Positions 17,930-29,978 of a DNA stretch of 64,000 nucleotides are shown piece by piece (the stretch's first letter is position 1; each line of letters opens with the position of its first letter). The DNA lies in the NCBI GenBank assembly GCA_037447605.1, contig CM074809.1, forward strand, positions 3,958,689 through 4,022,688. Reading direction: 5' to 3'. The notes beneath the pieces were generated by a model. It had not been told where the DNA came from, searched no databases, and worked only from the letters and a program-made list of their open reading frames with translations. The position numbers were made by a program, and so were the translations under genes. Source of the stretch: Zygnema circumcarinatum SAG 698-1b. Lineage: Eukaryota > Plantae > Zygnematophyceae.

Positions 17930-19330
17930 GGACATACGGTACACGCCGTTACAGTACTGGGAGTTAGGGACTTTGATTTGGTGGACCTGTTGTCGGCGAG
18001 TCCACGTTTCCATTCGTACTATTTTCTGTCTGTACTCTGTAGTGGATACAGTAACGCCCCCTAATATTTTCGCCATGGTTTCGGCAAATATTGGGCAAAA
18101 ATCTTGAAAATATAAGGAAGTCCGTGTTAACAACAGGCGGGCGGTATTATGTTAGAGTCCGGCCTGCGGCCGTCCTGTTTCTCTCTGTACGGAAGGCGAA
18201 TTGGCCGCCCGGCGGGCACTGTCACGAGCTCCTATTGGTGCCGTACAATTTAGTACAGGATCTCCTATTGGTGCCGTACATGTGTCGTACCATTTAGAGA
18301 TTGTCGTCGTAAGTACCGTACAGCAGAATAGCGTGACCCATGTCTCAAAACTCGTTTCGATTAACAGATTTTGTATTGAAAAATAGGCCAGGCTAGGTTA
18401 ACACCCCTAATACATTAACACAGACTTACCGTACTAAAAGTGGTTTCCTCAAAATCAGGGCGAATTTCTTGGCTAACGAAAGTACTCGGGCGGAAAAAAT
18501 TAGGGGAGCGTACTGTATTGGGAGTTTGGGACTTTTGATTTGGTGGATGTCGGCGAGTCTACGTTTCAGTCCGTACTGTTTTCTGTCCGTACAGTAGGGG
18601 GTCCTCATATTTTCCACCCTGGTTCGGGCAAAATGAGGCGAAAATATTAAATTTGCATATATAAGGTTCGTGTTACGAATAGACGGGCGGTATTATGTTA
18701 GAGTATATGTTGGACCGTACGTATCGTACCGTACCATATCGTACCGTATCGTACTGTATCATTTAGCATCGTATCGTATCGTGACATATCGTGACGCATA
18801 GACGTAGTTTTCCGCTTTCTGTTGTTCGCCTCAGCTCGTACAGCTCGTACGGACAATACCATATCGGGGCGTTTCGTATCGTATCGCCTAGTATCGTAAA
18901 GTATCGTACCGATCGTTCCGTGTCGTATCGTATCGAAGCCAGGAAGAAGGGGAGAAGGGCGAGCGCCTCTTACGGCGGCACGAGCGGGGAGATTAGGTGA
19001 GTTTTGCGGAAGCCCGTAACGGCTAGTACATATAGTACGGATAGTACGGCTAGTACGGCTAGTACGAACAGTACGAATAGTACGGCTAACACAAGTTACC
19101 GTACAAAAAGGTGGTTTCGGCAAAATCGGGGCGAAAATATTGAGGACGCACTCCTTGCGGTGGTAAATACGAGGACCCCCCACTGTAGTGGATACTGTTC
19201 TGTGCTGTACTGGTACTTTACTGTACTTTACATGTACAAAAATCGAAAATCTTTGTACGGTGAATTCATTGGAGATTCACTGGGCAGATACGACAAGCTC
19301 TGCGACGTAGCCTCTGCGACGTGCTTCAAC
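17930..19330. repeat. Degenerate GTAC/TACGG-rich repeat complex, probably transposon-derived
   Basis: Direct repeats of about 190-200 bp at 17958-18158 and 18519-18704, both ending GGGCGGTATTATGTTAGAGT; (CGTAT)n satellite 18715-18932; (TAGTACGGC/A)n 19020-19087; further fragments in both orientations at 19090-19200. Confidence 0.65.
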
Positions 19331-19667
19331 CATGAACCACAGTTTGACCAGAGGATCCACTGGATCCTGGCCAGCCATCTGTTGATCCTTAGAACGTCCG
19401 CGTCCGCAAGTAGTGGATGACAAGATTCTAGAGATCTCGTGCGACAGGTCCACCAGGTGGATCCCCAGAAGTACTGTACGAACGAATCTTAGATTCTGTT
19501 TCGTACAATGCCCAACAGCGACCGTCGCCCTCTCCCCTCTGATTCGACGAATTCAGCCCCTTTTCCTCGACACGACGTGACGTGACGTGTCGTCACCCCC
19601 AACAGTAACTTTGGAATCGGCGCCCCGCGTCTCCCGCACGCCTCCCTCTCTCGCCTCCCTCTCTCTC

Positions 19668-19699
<32 letters not shown>

Positions 19700-19721
19700 G
19701 TTTTCTCTCTCTTCCCAAGCC

Positions 19722-21734
19722 ATGGTCGGCCTCCAAAACCGCCCCTCTCCTCCGCCCTCTCGCTCGTCCTCTCCCCCTCCCCCTCCCCCTCCGCGATCCA
19801 AGCCCCCCCTCCGCCTCCCCCTCCTGGACACCTCCCTCCTCCCCCTCCTCCCGTCCTTCTCCTGCGAGGCCGCGGCCGCCCTCCTGGACGCGGTCAGTCC
19901 GGGGGCGGCGGCTCTGAGGCCGCTCCCTCTGAGGGAGGGCGTGCAGGGCGCGTGGGCGGCCCGGGCGGGCAGCCGTCAGATGCGGAAGCTCCAACCACAG
20001 GACGCCACGTGGGAGGCGTTTGCGCCGTACGGAAAGCTGGTGGGGCCCACCGAGGAGGGTGCGCCGAGCGGGCAGGGGGACGCGCTGCTGGACGTGGGCG
20101 GAGGGGTGCCGAGGTGGGGCTCTCTCGCTGGCTCGCTCTCTCTCTCTCGCTCGCTTTCTCTCTCTCTCGCTCGCTCTCTCTCTCTCGCTCGCTCTCTCTC
20201 TGTCTATCTCTTGTGGGATGGATCTAAAGGGTGCACGTCCGTTCCTCTTTTTTTTTAGCTTCAGAAGCTTATTACTATTATTATGAACATTAGTGTTATT
20301 TATTGTTTCTGTTCTGCTTCTTTCCTGGACGCAGGTTCCGCATAGAGAGAGTGAAGCAGCAGGCGCTTCGTTTTGGCGCTCTCTCCCACCACGCGCGAGT
20401 GGCGCTCTGCCTCGGAGCCGTTGGGGGCGGACCGTGGCTGCTCGCTGTGGCGCCTCCCACCCTCCTCGGTAACCCTTACCTCTCTCAAAGCCAGCCTCCT
20501 TGGTCAATTATATGCAATCTCTCTCTGTCTCCCTCTCTTTCTCTCTCTCTAAAATATCCGTAAGGCTTGTTTTCTTCTAATTGAGCACGATGAATGAAAT
20601 AAAGACACACACATGGACAGACACACAGACACATACTCTCTCTCTCTCTCAGTGGTCTCAGAATATTTCTAAGAGCAATAACTGCTTTCAAATGATCCAG
20701 GTTCAAATGATGGCTTCGGGGAATCTCTCGTCGGGACTCCAACTTCCTCCGCCTCAAGCGCGCTTCCTTCTCCCCTAAGCGACCAAAAAGGAGCGCCTGT
20801 GGGAGAAGCCACGAGCCCTATTTCTGTGGTCGCTTCTCCCTACGGAGAGAGCCCGATCTCTGTCTCTCCCTCCTCCACAGGGAGCAGTGCAGGGGACGAG
20901 GCGGGTGAGCTGTGCGGAGAGAGGGGGGGGAAGCACATGCGCTCACGGAACGGCCATTTGTATGGGGCGCCGCGGGCAGAGGATGTTGCGGTGTTCCGAA
21001 TAAAGGGACCGTGCTTTGTGAAACTGCACCCGGGCACATGGCATAGCGGACCGCTACTTACGGTGCCGGAGATGGACTTCTTTAAGCTTGAGCTTGCGGA
21101 TACAAATGTAAGGTTTTCATTCATCTTGCCCCTCTCTCTCTCTCGCTCTCGTTCTCTTTCCCTCTTCCCCGTCCCCCCTCACCCGCATCACTCACTCGCC
21201 CTACTCTTCTCCCTTCCTCCCTCCTTCCCCCACTATCCTCATTAACCCCCACCCCCAAAATCCCTCTGCCCCACCCCCCTACTCGCTTACCTCCCCCCTC
21301 CCCCTCCGCCTCCCCTCTCTCTCCCCCCCTTCTCTCTATTTGACACACGCACACACACATCGAAATGTCTGTTTCAAAGAGCACTTTGAAGGCTTTCCAC
21401 TGTGTTGGTTTTGGCTTTCATATTTCAGTTGTCAGTTTTCAGCTTTCAGGCATTCAGGGTTTAAGGTAGGCTTCCCAGTGTCCTAAGGTTTTATTCAATC
21501 CCTTTTGTCCTGCATTTAACTTCTATAGAGCGTTCGGTGCTTGTACAGCAATCGGACTGCACAATGTACTCCTTCACCCGGCGGGAAGGGCTCGTGTTTG
21601 ACATCGATGTGCCCCTAGCGAGCTCGGGGCACCATTTGTCGTTCAAGCGGCACGTGCCCTTCAGGGACACGGCTCACCTCAGACTCTCCCTCTCACCCGA
21701 GTCGCCTACAAGCACTCTGGAGATAAGCCCATAA
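19722..21734 (+). CDS. Ureidoglycolate lyase/hydrolase-like cupin (plant AllA-like family) with a Pro-rich N-terminal extension
   Basis: Exons 19722-20113, 20335-20468, 20881-21107, 21549-21734; phases close. Motifs ATWEAFAPYGKLV, DALLDVGGGVPR|F, HHARVALCLG, SRNGHLY, VFRIKGPCFVKLHPGTWHSGPL, MDFFKLELADTN. Confidence 0.85.
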
Positions 21735-22463
21735 TATTTTTTTTTTTTTTAAAGGGCCCGAAGTTTGCTCCAAAAGGCCTGACATCCTTACTGCCCTAAT
21801 TGGGACTAGTGTTATTCCACCATAAAAGCCATATCTACCATAAGAGCCCCGAAGACCGTTAAGGGTATTAGACAAAATAAAGAGAGAGGAAGCATTGTAA
21901 ATCTTCCCACGGGTCTCAACTGAGAGAGAGGGAGAGAGAGAGAGAGAGAAAATGAGAGAGAGCGATAGTTATGTCTCGCCATCTTGAACATGGCGAAAAT
22001 GATCTTTTAGCTTTTTTCAGCTAAACTTCATACAATTCTTTGTTGATTGACTGCATACGATAAGTTAAGTGCGGATAATTACAGTTGTCACCAACCCTGA
22101 TAGGAAACTGTAGTTCAAACTACTAATCTCAGCTACTGCATTGTAGCCATTCACCAAAAACTGCTTTTGGTTTGAGGACGTTTGAGCCCAGAAAGGTTGA
22201 AACACCCACTCTCCTCTCTACTCTCTTTTCTCTCTCTACTCTTTCCTTCTTCGCGAGTTTGGCATTAGAGCCCAAGCTGCCAAGGAGAATCTCGTAGTGG
22301 AAATCGATGTATTGGAAGCCATTATCTAAATGATTAAAAGATAAAAGTTGTGTCGTGAATTTGTATTCACATGCTGTTCTGTTGCACGTACACGTTTGTC
22401 ACGAAAAAAAACCCTAATCCTTCCACTGTCTGGTCACCCTTCATGCTTGTTCAATCCAATTAG

Positions 22464-25400
22464 TTAGTCAGAAACTCTGACTTGGCTGCAGAGAGGTAGC
22501 CGACCGCTTCCATTGCGAGGAGAATCCTTGGAGGCTGATTGCAAGCCATTGTCCCGCCTCCTAAAACGGGGCGAGCCCTTCATGTTTGGTGGGCTTGGCG
22601 GTGCTTTCGGGCTCTTCATCTCACCCTGCGACAATACCCCTCCAAACAGGATGACAAATATGATTAAGTTGCTTTGTGACGTAGGGAATTACGATTCTTC
22701 TGGAGATTGCCTTTGTAAGCCGCGACTAGAGAAAAACTGAAATGTTAGAGCTTAGGCTGCTTACACCTCTGTGCTCGGAACGATGAATGAGAGTCTGAAT
22801 GACATGCGAGTCTGAATCCGACATACAAAATTCATGAATGTATGAATGTACGAAGGAGGGCCCACTCTGGTAGCCAGGCTTCGATGGCACTCACTTTTGG
22901 TGGGCTGAGTGGCAGTCTGGCTGTTGGCGATCTGAAGCAGAGCAGAGGATCGGGAAACTCAAAACCGAAGTAATACTCCTTTTTTGGAGTGAAGGGATGA
23001 CTTTCTGTGAACTCCTTTCTTGGGGAGATGATAGCGGTTTTTGTGAATGCCTGCAGAACACAGAAACAAAGTGGCTCATTTGAAGCTTCTAAGGAGTTTA
23101 CTGTTTATCCTGCTAATGACCTCGACAAAGAATTCGGGCAAGCTGCTCAATAGAATTAGCATAAGCTATCAATGTCATCCGATGGCAGAATAACTCATAT
23201 GTTTATCACTGATGACATTACACTGCTACCAAAAGAGACCATACCCTCACAAGGGACACACCTTGAGCCAAGGATGGTCCAATGCTTGGGCCGCTGTCAG
23301 TCGGATTACAGGGTCCACACACATCATGGCTTCCACAAGATCCTTTGCTGCAATTATACCAGCAAAGTAGTCCTCGAAGTGTTTTTCAGGGTCCTTATAA
23401 CACGAAAATAGATTAATGTGATGTACTTCCCTCTTGCTTTCAAGCAAGGATGACGGCGTGCCTGAGGCACTCTAGGAAATACGCAACATTCAATCAACAA
23501 GTAGCTGTCAACAATTTGGAGAGCTGCATTGCCCATCTCCTTGGACTTACCTTCCATCGATATCTGATCCCACGCTCCCCCGTGCAAAGCGTAGTGCCCA
23601 ACTTTCATTTTCTCAATTTCATGTGGTCGTTCGAATGGAACGGTTCCACTGAGCATAGTGTAGAGGACTACGCCAACACCCCTGCCAAGCGTCACCAGAG
23701 GAAAATTTGCTGCATTTTAGCATAGTCAACCACCACCATGGCACCAAAAAGTATATTTTGTTTTGCAGCTACGGTTTCACACACAATTCCCATTGTGGGA
23801 GATTGTGAAGACTAAGCAACGTAAGAAATCCAAGTAAGGAGTCAAATCCACCTTGCAACCCCCCGGACCAGTCATGTGTTGGTCCATGTACCACATGTCC
23901 ACTGCAGCTGTATAGGCGCGCCTCTCCCTTAGTTCCGCATGAAGAATTTCCGGGGCAACGTAGCCTGGAGAGCCGCATATTGTTGTAAGCATAGAAGATT
24001 TGCTGTGGCATTTCGCGAGTCCAAAATCCGCAACTTTGACGCACAGGTCCGTATCATTTCCACTGAGTAGAATATTCTCAAGCTGCCAAGTCAGCTCGCC
24101 CCCAAACGTTTACTTTTGGCAAATCAACTTAGAGCCACGTCACCTAAAACAGGCACCATAGTATCACAATCTTTTTCACTGACATCTGAGGTCATTCCTC
24201 AATGCGACGTACAGGGTACATTGAGAAGCTAAACCATCCAGCCCTACGCTTACCTTGATATCTCTGCGAATGAGGAAGAAGGAGCGAGTTTCCCGTCCAT
24301 GGCCCGACAAAGAAAAGAGATACAAGCACACGCTGCATTAGCTGTTCCGCATTTTGTAAGCTTTTCCTTTTAGAAAACTGTGTAGGCCCAAACCACCGAA
24401 CCCATCCATGCAGTGACAACATTGAGCTGAAGCAGCAGAGGACGTCCTTAAAACCATAGACTCGCAAACTAATCACGGAAAATAAATGATGCCGACAAAA
24501 CTCACAGTGCCAGGAAGGCGACTATAAATTTTTAGGGAGGACCACACAGTAGGACCAAACGGGCCACAAGGGGACAAAAAAACCCTTACCTGTGCACAAT
24601 TCCATTGGAGTGCAAATAAGAAACTGCTTCAAGGATCTGCTTTGTATGCTCTCCCGCTTCCATTTCAGAAAATCGGACATTGGCGATAAGTTTGTCAAAG
24701 AGATCGCCTCCAGTTGCTCTGCCACACACGAAGTTCCAAGACTGAGCAGCTAGACATCGAACGACGAGAGAAATGCTTGGATGTGGAGCACTATCAGTTA
24801 AGTCTTGAATGGGTGCACGAGTTTTACGAATACAGCAGTGACGAGTTTCTCCTTCGCTATAATGTACAGCAGAATAAATGAATATGAACAGATTGTACAG
24901 ATCCTATAAATTGTGCCCCTGGACTTTTTACCGTTTTCAGTGTTTTCAAGATTTTATGGCATTTCTCAGACAAAGTGGGCAATGGCCAACAAGCAGGGAA
25001 AAGCCTTACAATTCCATTACAATGAAGGCCGTCGTCGGTGTGAGAAAACACTCGATCATGGCGATGCAATTTGGGTGTTTCACCTGCATACCCACACGCA
25101 TCACTCCTTATTGAGACAACATTCAACGTGGACAGTGGAAGATTTACAAGATAATTTCAAGTCCACTTTGCCAACTCACCTTCTTCAAAACATCAATCTC
25201 CCGAAAAACGCGTCTGCACGAAGCAAGCAATTGCAATTAGTGATGTTCCCTTCAATATCCACATTTTCATTATGTTTGAAGTGTTGTGTGAAGTACAGTA
25301 CTCGAGCAGAATACAATCCTTTGAGAAACTCAAAAAGTATGCACCTTCAGCCTAATCAATGACCATAGACTGCAGCAACAGATCATCATCGCCAGGTTTT

Positions 25401-26587
25401 CTTCTACTCACGAAAGGTCCTCCTGCCGAAACCTTGACATGTCAATTATTTTCACTGCAAATTGCTCTCCAGTGGCCCTTTTTGTCGCCAGTTGTACTCT
25501 TGCGTACCCTACAGAAACAAGTGGTTGAAGTCAATCATAAAATTTTGATGAGCTGCACGGCGATAATGCATCTGTTGTCACATTCTCTTGCTATTTGAAT
25601 CAATTGCGCTTTGTGCATTTGGCCATAGGGCCTTGAAGGGTCGATTTTTGCCAATACAAAGTAATGCACCAAATGAATGCAGATTAATTCTCGAAGTGCC
25701 ATGCAAGGGTATATCAAATAACGTAGGTTCTTTAAACAAGGATTGCCAAATTGAACAAGGGAATGCATTATAGTCGGTATCCAAGATGTACCCGATAATT
25801 AGACTATTCACCACAGCTTTCTTTTCACCTTTTCCGATATCTGTTAGTATGGTCAATAAGTGGTGCACAACCACTCAGAGAGCAGTCCCATATCATATAC
25901 ATTGTAATTCGTTCTAACGGAATTCACCTCCAGAGCCAATAAGTTTGCCGAGTTCATACACAACGCTGAATTCTCCATCAGTGGAATTTCTGTGCACTCT
26001 CGGAGTCACGCAGCTTGATAGCGGATTTGGCGTAAGGCTGCCGCCGTATCCATCAAGACTGTCAAAGATTGGCCGAGTGAGTTCGATCTTCAGGGGAGAA
26101 GGGTGCATTCTCTGCTTGTTCCTCGCCTGTTCCATGTTTTTCAGCGCTTGTATGCCTCTCGTCTGCTCGCAATGCAGGCCTTACATGGACTTGCAAACAT
26201 AGATGTTGCTGCCACCATCCCGATCTCAATGAAGATAAGAATCCTTTCAATAATACAAAAAGCTCTCTAAAGCAGAATGCCGCAGCTCGCTATGATACCG
26301 CAAAACATCTGAAAGCAAGTATGGAGACCAGCTGTTCCAGTTCCTCAAGGATAAAACCTCAAAATTATAAATATACTGTCCAGCGCGTTAATAGCTTCAA
26401 ATAATAGCGTCCAATAACTTACCAAAAGCACGCAAATGCTCGAATCTTGAATTCCGACGGGTATCCGATAGCAGCATCTGCAGCGCAAGTTCTGCCAGGA
26501 TCCGTCCCCTCTCTTCCACCTCAGCGAAGGAGGCTCCTGAACGTTCTCCCAACTTACAAAGGCTGCAGACATGGCAGCGGCAGCCAT
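22464..26587 (-). CDS. CAMK-group Ser/Thr protein kinase without EF-hands, with a Ser/Pro-rich C-terminal tail
   Basis: Exons 26587-26558 (inferred), 26162-25928, 25508-25412, 25213-25180, 25083-25010, 24718-24590, 24263-24254 (10 nt), 24082-23892, 23681-23551, 23347-23262, 23050-22895, then tentative 22725-22693 and 22625-22464; all phases close. Motifs LGKLIGSGG|YARV, FAVKII, EIDVL, HPNCI, GGDLFD, HR|DIK|[30 protein letters not shown]. Confidence 0.88.
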
Positions 26588-26797
26588 GGCTCTCGCTGCC
26601 GCTTTGGGAAAGGAGGTTGCAGTCCCGGGATTAGGACTGCCTGAAGCGGCCTTTGGCCTTAGGCGCCAAACAAATCTGATACGTCCCGACATCCAGTCAA
26701 TATTATATCGATATATCCCGATATCTTACAACCTTGGCCAAATCCCGTCCGTCAACTGTAGGAATAACGGAATGGTCACGGAAGGAGAGCAAACTTT

Positions 26798-27164
26798 CAT
26801 TGAACTCGCGATGGCGAGGCCATCAAATGTACATGGATAAAGGCAAAATGTGGAACCACGAAGGACTGGTCACAAAGGACCGAAACACAATAAAACAAAG
26901 CTAGGAGCGGAAAACTACGCCTAGGCACGGAAGTGCTCGCATAAAATCGTGACATAGAATTTGTCCACTCACAACAGGACACGTATCGGACTGTTTGGAA
27001 CTTTCGAGTGGACTTAGGGGCATGGTCATATTTTCCATGTTTCAACAACAAGAAATTCCTCGTGGTTCCCCATGCTGGTTTTGTCCATGTACATTTGATG
27101 GCCTCGCCATCGTGAGGTCAATGCCACTTTCCTGAGAAAAGAAAAGAAGTGGCATTGGTCTCAC
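26798..27164. mobile_element. Fold-back/MITE-like element (copy D, most complete) in the kinase/NAGLU divergent promoter
   Basis: Inverted arms of about 70-75 bp at 26798-26865 and 27056-27132, plus an extra short arm at 27147-27164 forming a small hairpin with 27113-27129. Confidence 0.78.
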
Positions 27165-27603
27165 TTCCCTCCTTTTGTCAGAAGTCGTTTAATCTTTCTT
27201 CTTTGGACTTGCACAAAATCGAGGGCTCCAGAGTGCCGGCTTAAAAAAAGTGCAACATCAAACGGTCATGAAAGGCGATGTATTCGAGGAAAGATCCAAC
27301 GGCCCAAATTTCGTCAAACCACGCGTGCAAAATCCAACGGTCCTGAAGTGCCCCTTTTTGCCTGCTAGCATCGAACGGCTCTCGCGCGCTGCCCCTCCAT
27401 CCAACGGCAGGCGGCCCCACCCCAATATCTGAGGCCGTTCCGTGTGCATAGTGATGCGTACTGTGATTTAGGGCATCTCGCTGCGCAGTTGAAGTCCTAA
27501 ACACTTGAATTCAGTTCCCAGTTATCAGTTCAGTCCTCATGGAATCGGAACCCACCACCGTGCATGCAAAGCCCCCTAAACCCTAAAAAACTTGCATGCA
27601 TCC

Positions 27604-29385
27604 ATGGCAGCTCTAAGCAAGAAGATGTCCATAGCATTTGGAAGAGATTTCCAGAGACGTGTGGTTGTTGCAGCTCTCCTCAGCTTCCTTCTTTCTGCCA
27701 GCCATGGCGGTTGCGTTGTTGAGGAGCTCTCCGCGAGAGGGAGCGCTGGCTCCTTCTTGAAGAGCATGAAAGCAATGCATACGATATTGGCAAAGGAAAG
27801 CATGCAGGCACACATTCAGGAAGAAGCAGCCAAGGGAGTTCTGCACCGTCTCATTCCCGAGCATGATGGAAGCTTTGAATTCAGCATCATTTCCAAGGTG
27901 AGGTTCATAGGGGCGGCCTTGGAAAGGGCCTCGCAGGAGGTAAGGGGATGGTGATAGAAGAGAGGGAGAGGGAGGAACAGACGGAGGGGGAAGGCGAGGG
28001 AGAGGGAATTCAAACAAACGTGTAGGGGAAAATCGAACGGCCTTATAATCATTTAGTGCATGTTCTCTCACCAATTCAGGAGGACTGCGACAATGTGGCC
28101 TGTTTCATCATTGACAACATTGCAAACAAGGAAGAAGCAAATCCTTCAATCACTCCCCAAGTTCTTCAACCGGCAATAAAGTAAGGCTCGCCCGCACAAT
28201 CTATGTCCTTTTTCTTCCCACGTGCGTAATTGAAGGGTCATTTCCGTCGTTTCAGCGCAAAAGTTCTGCATTCTTTATCCCTATCGTTTGGTTTCAAGGA
28301 GCCTAATACCCCTTATTATCATAATAATGTGAAAATTCCAAAATATTTACATTCCATTTCTGCAGGATTCGAGGAACTTCTGGCGTTGAGCTCTGTGCTG
28401 GCCTTCACTGGTGAGCCGCCAAAACCCTAAAAAACTCTATGATCCCTATAAAACTTATTTGCCCCCTAACAGTGAAGAAAGCCAAAAAGCCAAAAGGTAA
28501 AACTGACTTTCTAAAGAACTCACTTACCTTTTACTGCATCACCTTGCATGCTTTTTGCAGCTCATTTTGATGTACTCACATAGCATAGTACAGGTATCTG
28601 AAAAAAATTTGCGGGGGCCATATTTCGTGGGATAAGACGGGTGGAAATAATTTCAAACTGGTACCGCGCCCGGGCCACCTTCCCCCTCTACCGAATGGAG
28701 GCATCAAAATTATGAGAGCAGTTCCATGGAGCTACTATCAGAATGTGGTCACCTATAGCTGTAAGCTGCCTTTTCTACTCCCTTTCTCCTTCCCTATTCA
28801 AAACTCTTAACATTGGAATGTTGAAAACGCTAAAAATCTGAGGACGCAGGTTTTGAGAGTGAGCAATTTGCCAAGCATTTTGTTAAAGATTTGTTAAGCG
28901 TTCGTTGAAGGATAGAGAGAGAAGAGTGGGAGAAAGAGAGGTAATGGCGGAGGCGAGGATGAGGGGAAGTCGAGCAGCGGGAGCGAGAAACAGTGGGAGA
29001 GAGAGAGTCAGAGGGGGGGAGAGGAAGTGTGTAGAGACAGAGCAGTCTCTCCTAATAGCTTTAAAAATGGCTTTGAATCTTTCGCCATTCTCTGAACATG
29101 CTATTTTTGAGATCTCCCTATCCTTGAAGGCGGTGCTTAGTCGTTCATCATAGAGAGGGAGTGCAGATTCTTTCGCATGGTGGAGTTGGGAGAGGTGGGA
29201 GAGAGAGATCGATTGGATGGCGCTGCAGGGCATCAATCTGCCGCTTGCTTTCACCGGGCAGGAAACAATTTGGCAAAAAGTTTTTCAGGTGTGCACATCA
29301 ATTCAAATTCCTAAAGTTCGGAATTTATTGATTAGTTTCGAGAATGCGAATGCATTCAGCACAGCATTTAGTAAGCAGAAGGACA

Positions 29386-29428
<43 letters not shown>

Positions 29429-29939
29429 GAGAGAGAGAGAGAGAGACATCCATCATTACACTCTTTTTGAAGTGTTGTTGAACGTAGTTATTGTTTCTGA
29501 AGTGGAAAAGGGTGGGAGAGGGGGCGGGAGAGTGAGAGCAGAAGCCTGACTATAATTTGACTAAGGAAGATTTGGACGCACATTTTGGAGGCCCTGCGTT
29601 CCTTGCATGGGCACGTATGGGAAATCTTCACGGGTAACATTAACATGAAATTTCTAAACCTCTTTTTATGTTTTATGTTTTGGGTTTGTTGTTGAGACTT
29701 CAGAGCTTTACGGTTTTGGTATTTTGGTGATGTTGGTTTCTCACTTTCTTCATTTCTTTCTGCCTTTCTCCTTCTGTTTATGAAGTTGGGGAGGGCCTCT
29801 CCCTCAAGCTTGGCTTGACCAACAACTTGAAATGCAGAAACGCATCTTGGCTCGAATGAGATCGCTGGGAATGACTCCCGGTGAGTTTCTTATTCAAGCA
29901 TGAGACGTTGTAAGGGAGAAAAAAAAGAGAGATAGAGGA

Positions 29940-29978
<39 letters not shown>

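Noticed and set aside
17958-18704. Possible LTR pair / TRIM
   Set aside because: No TG...CA termini, primer-binding site, polypurine tract or target-site duplication could be identified; kept only as an unclassified repeat.
19340-19510. Cluster of short palindromes (GGATCC x3, TCTAGA, AGATCT) resembling a polylinker
   Set aside because: It is embedded in native repeat-rich sequence, with no vector context; most likely chance or a degenerate hairpin.
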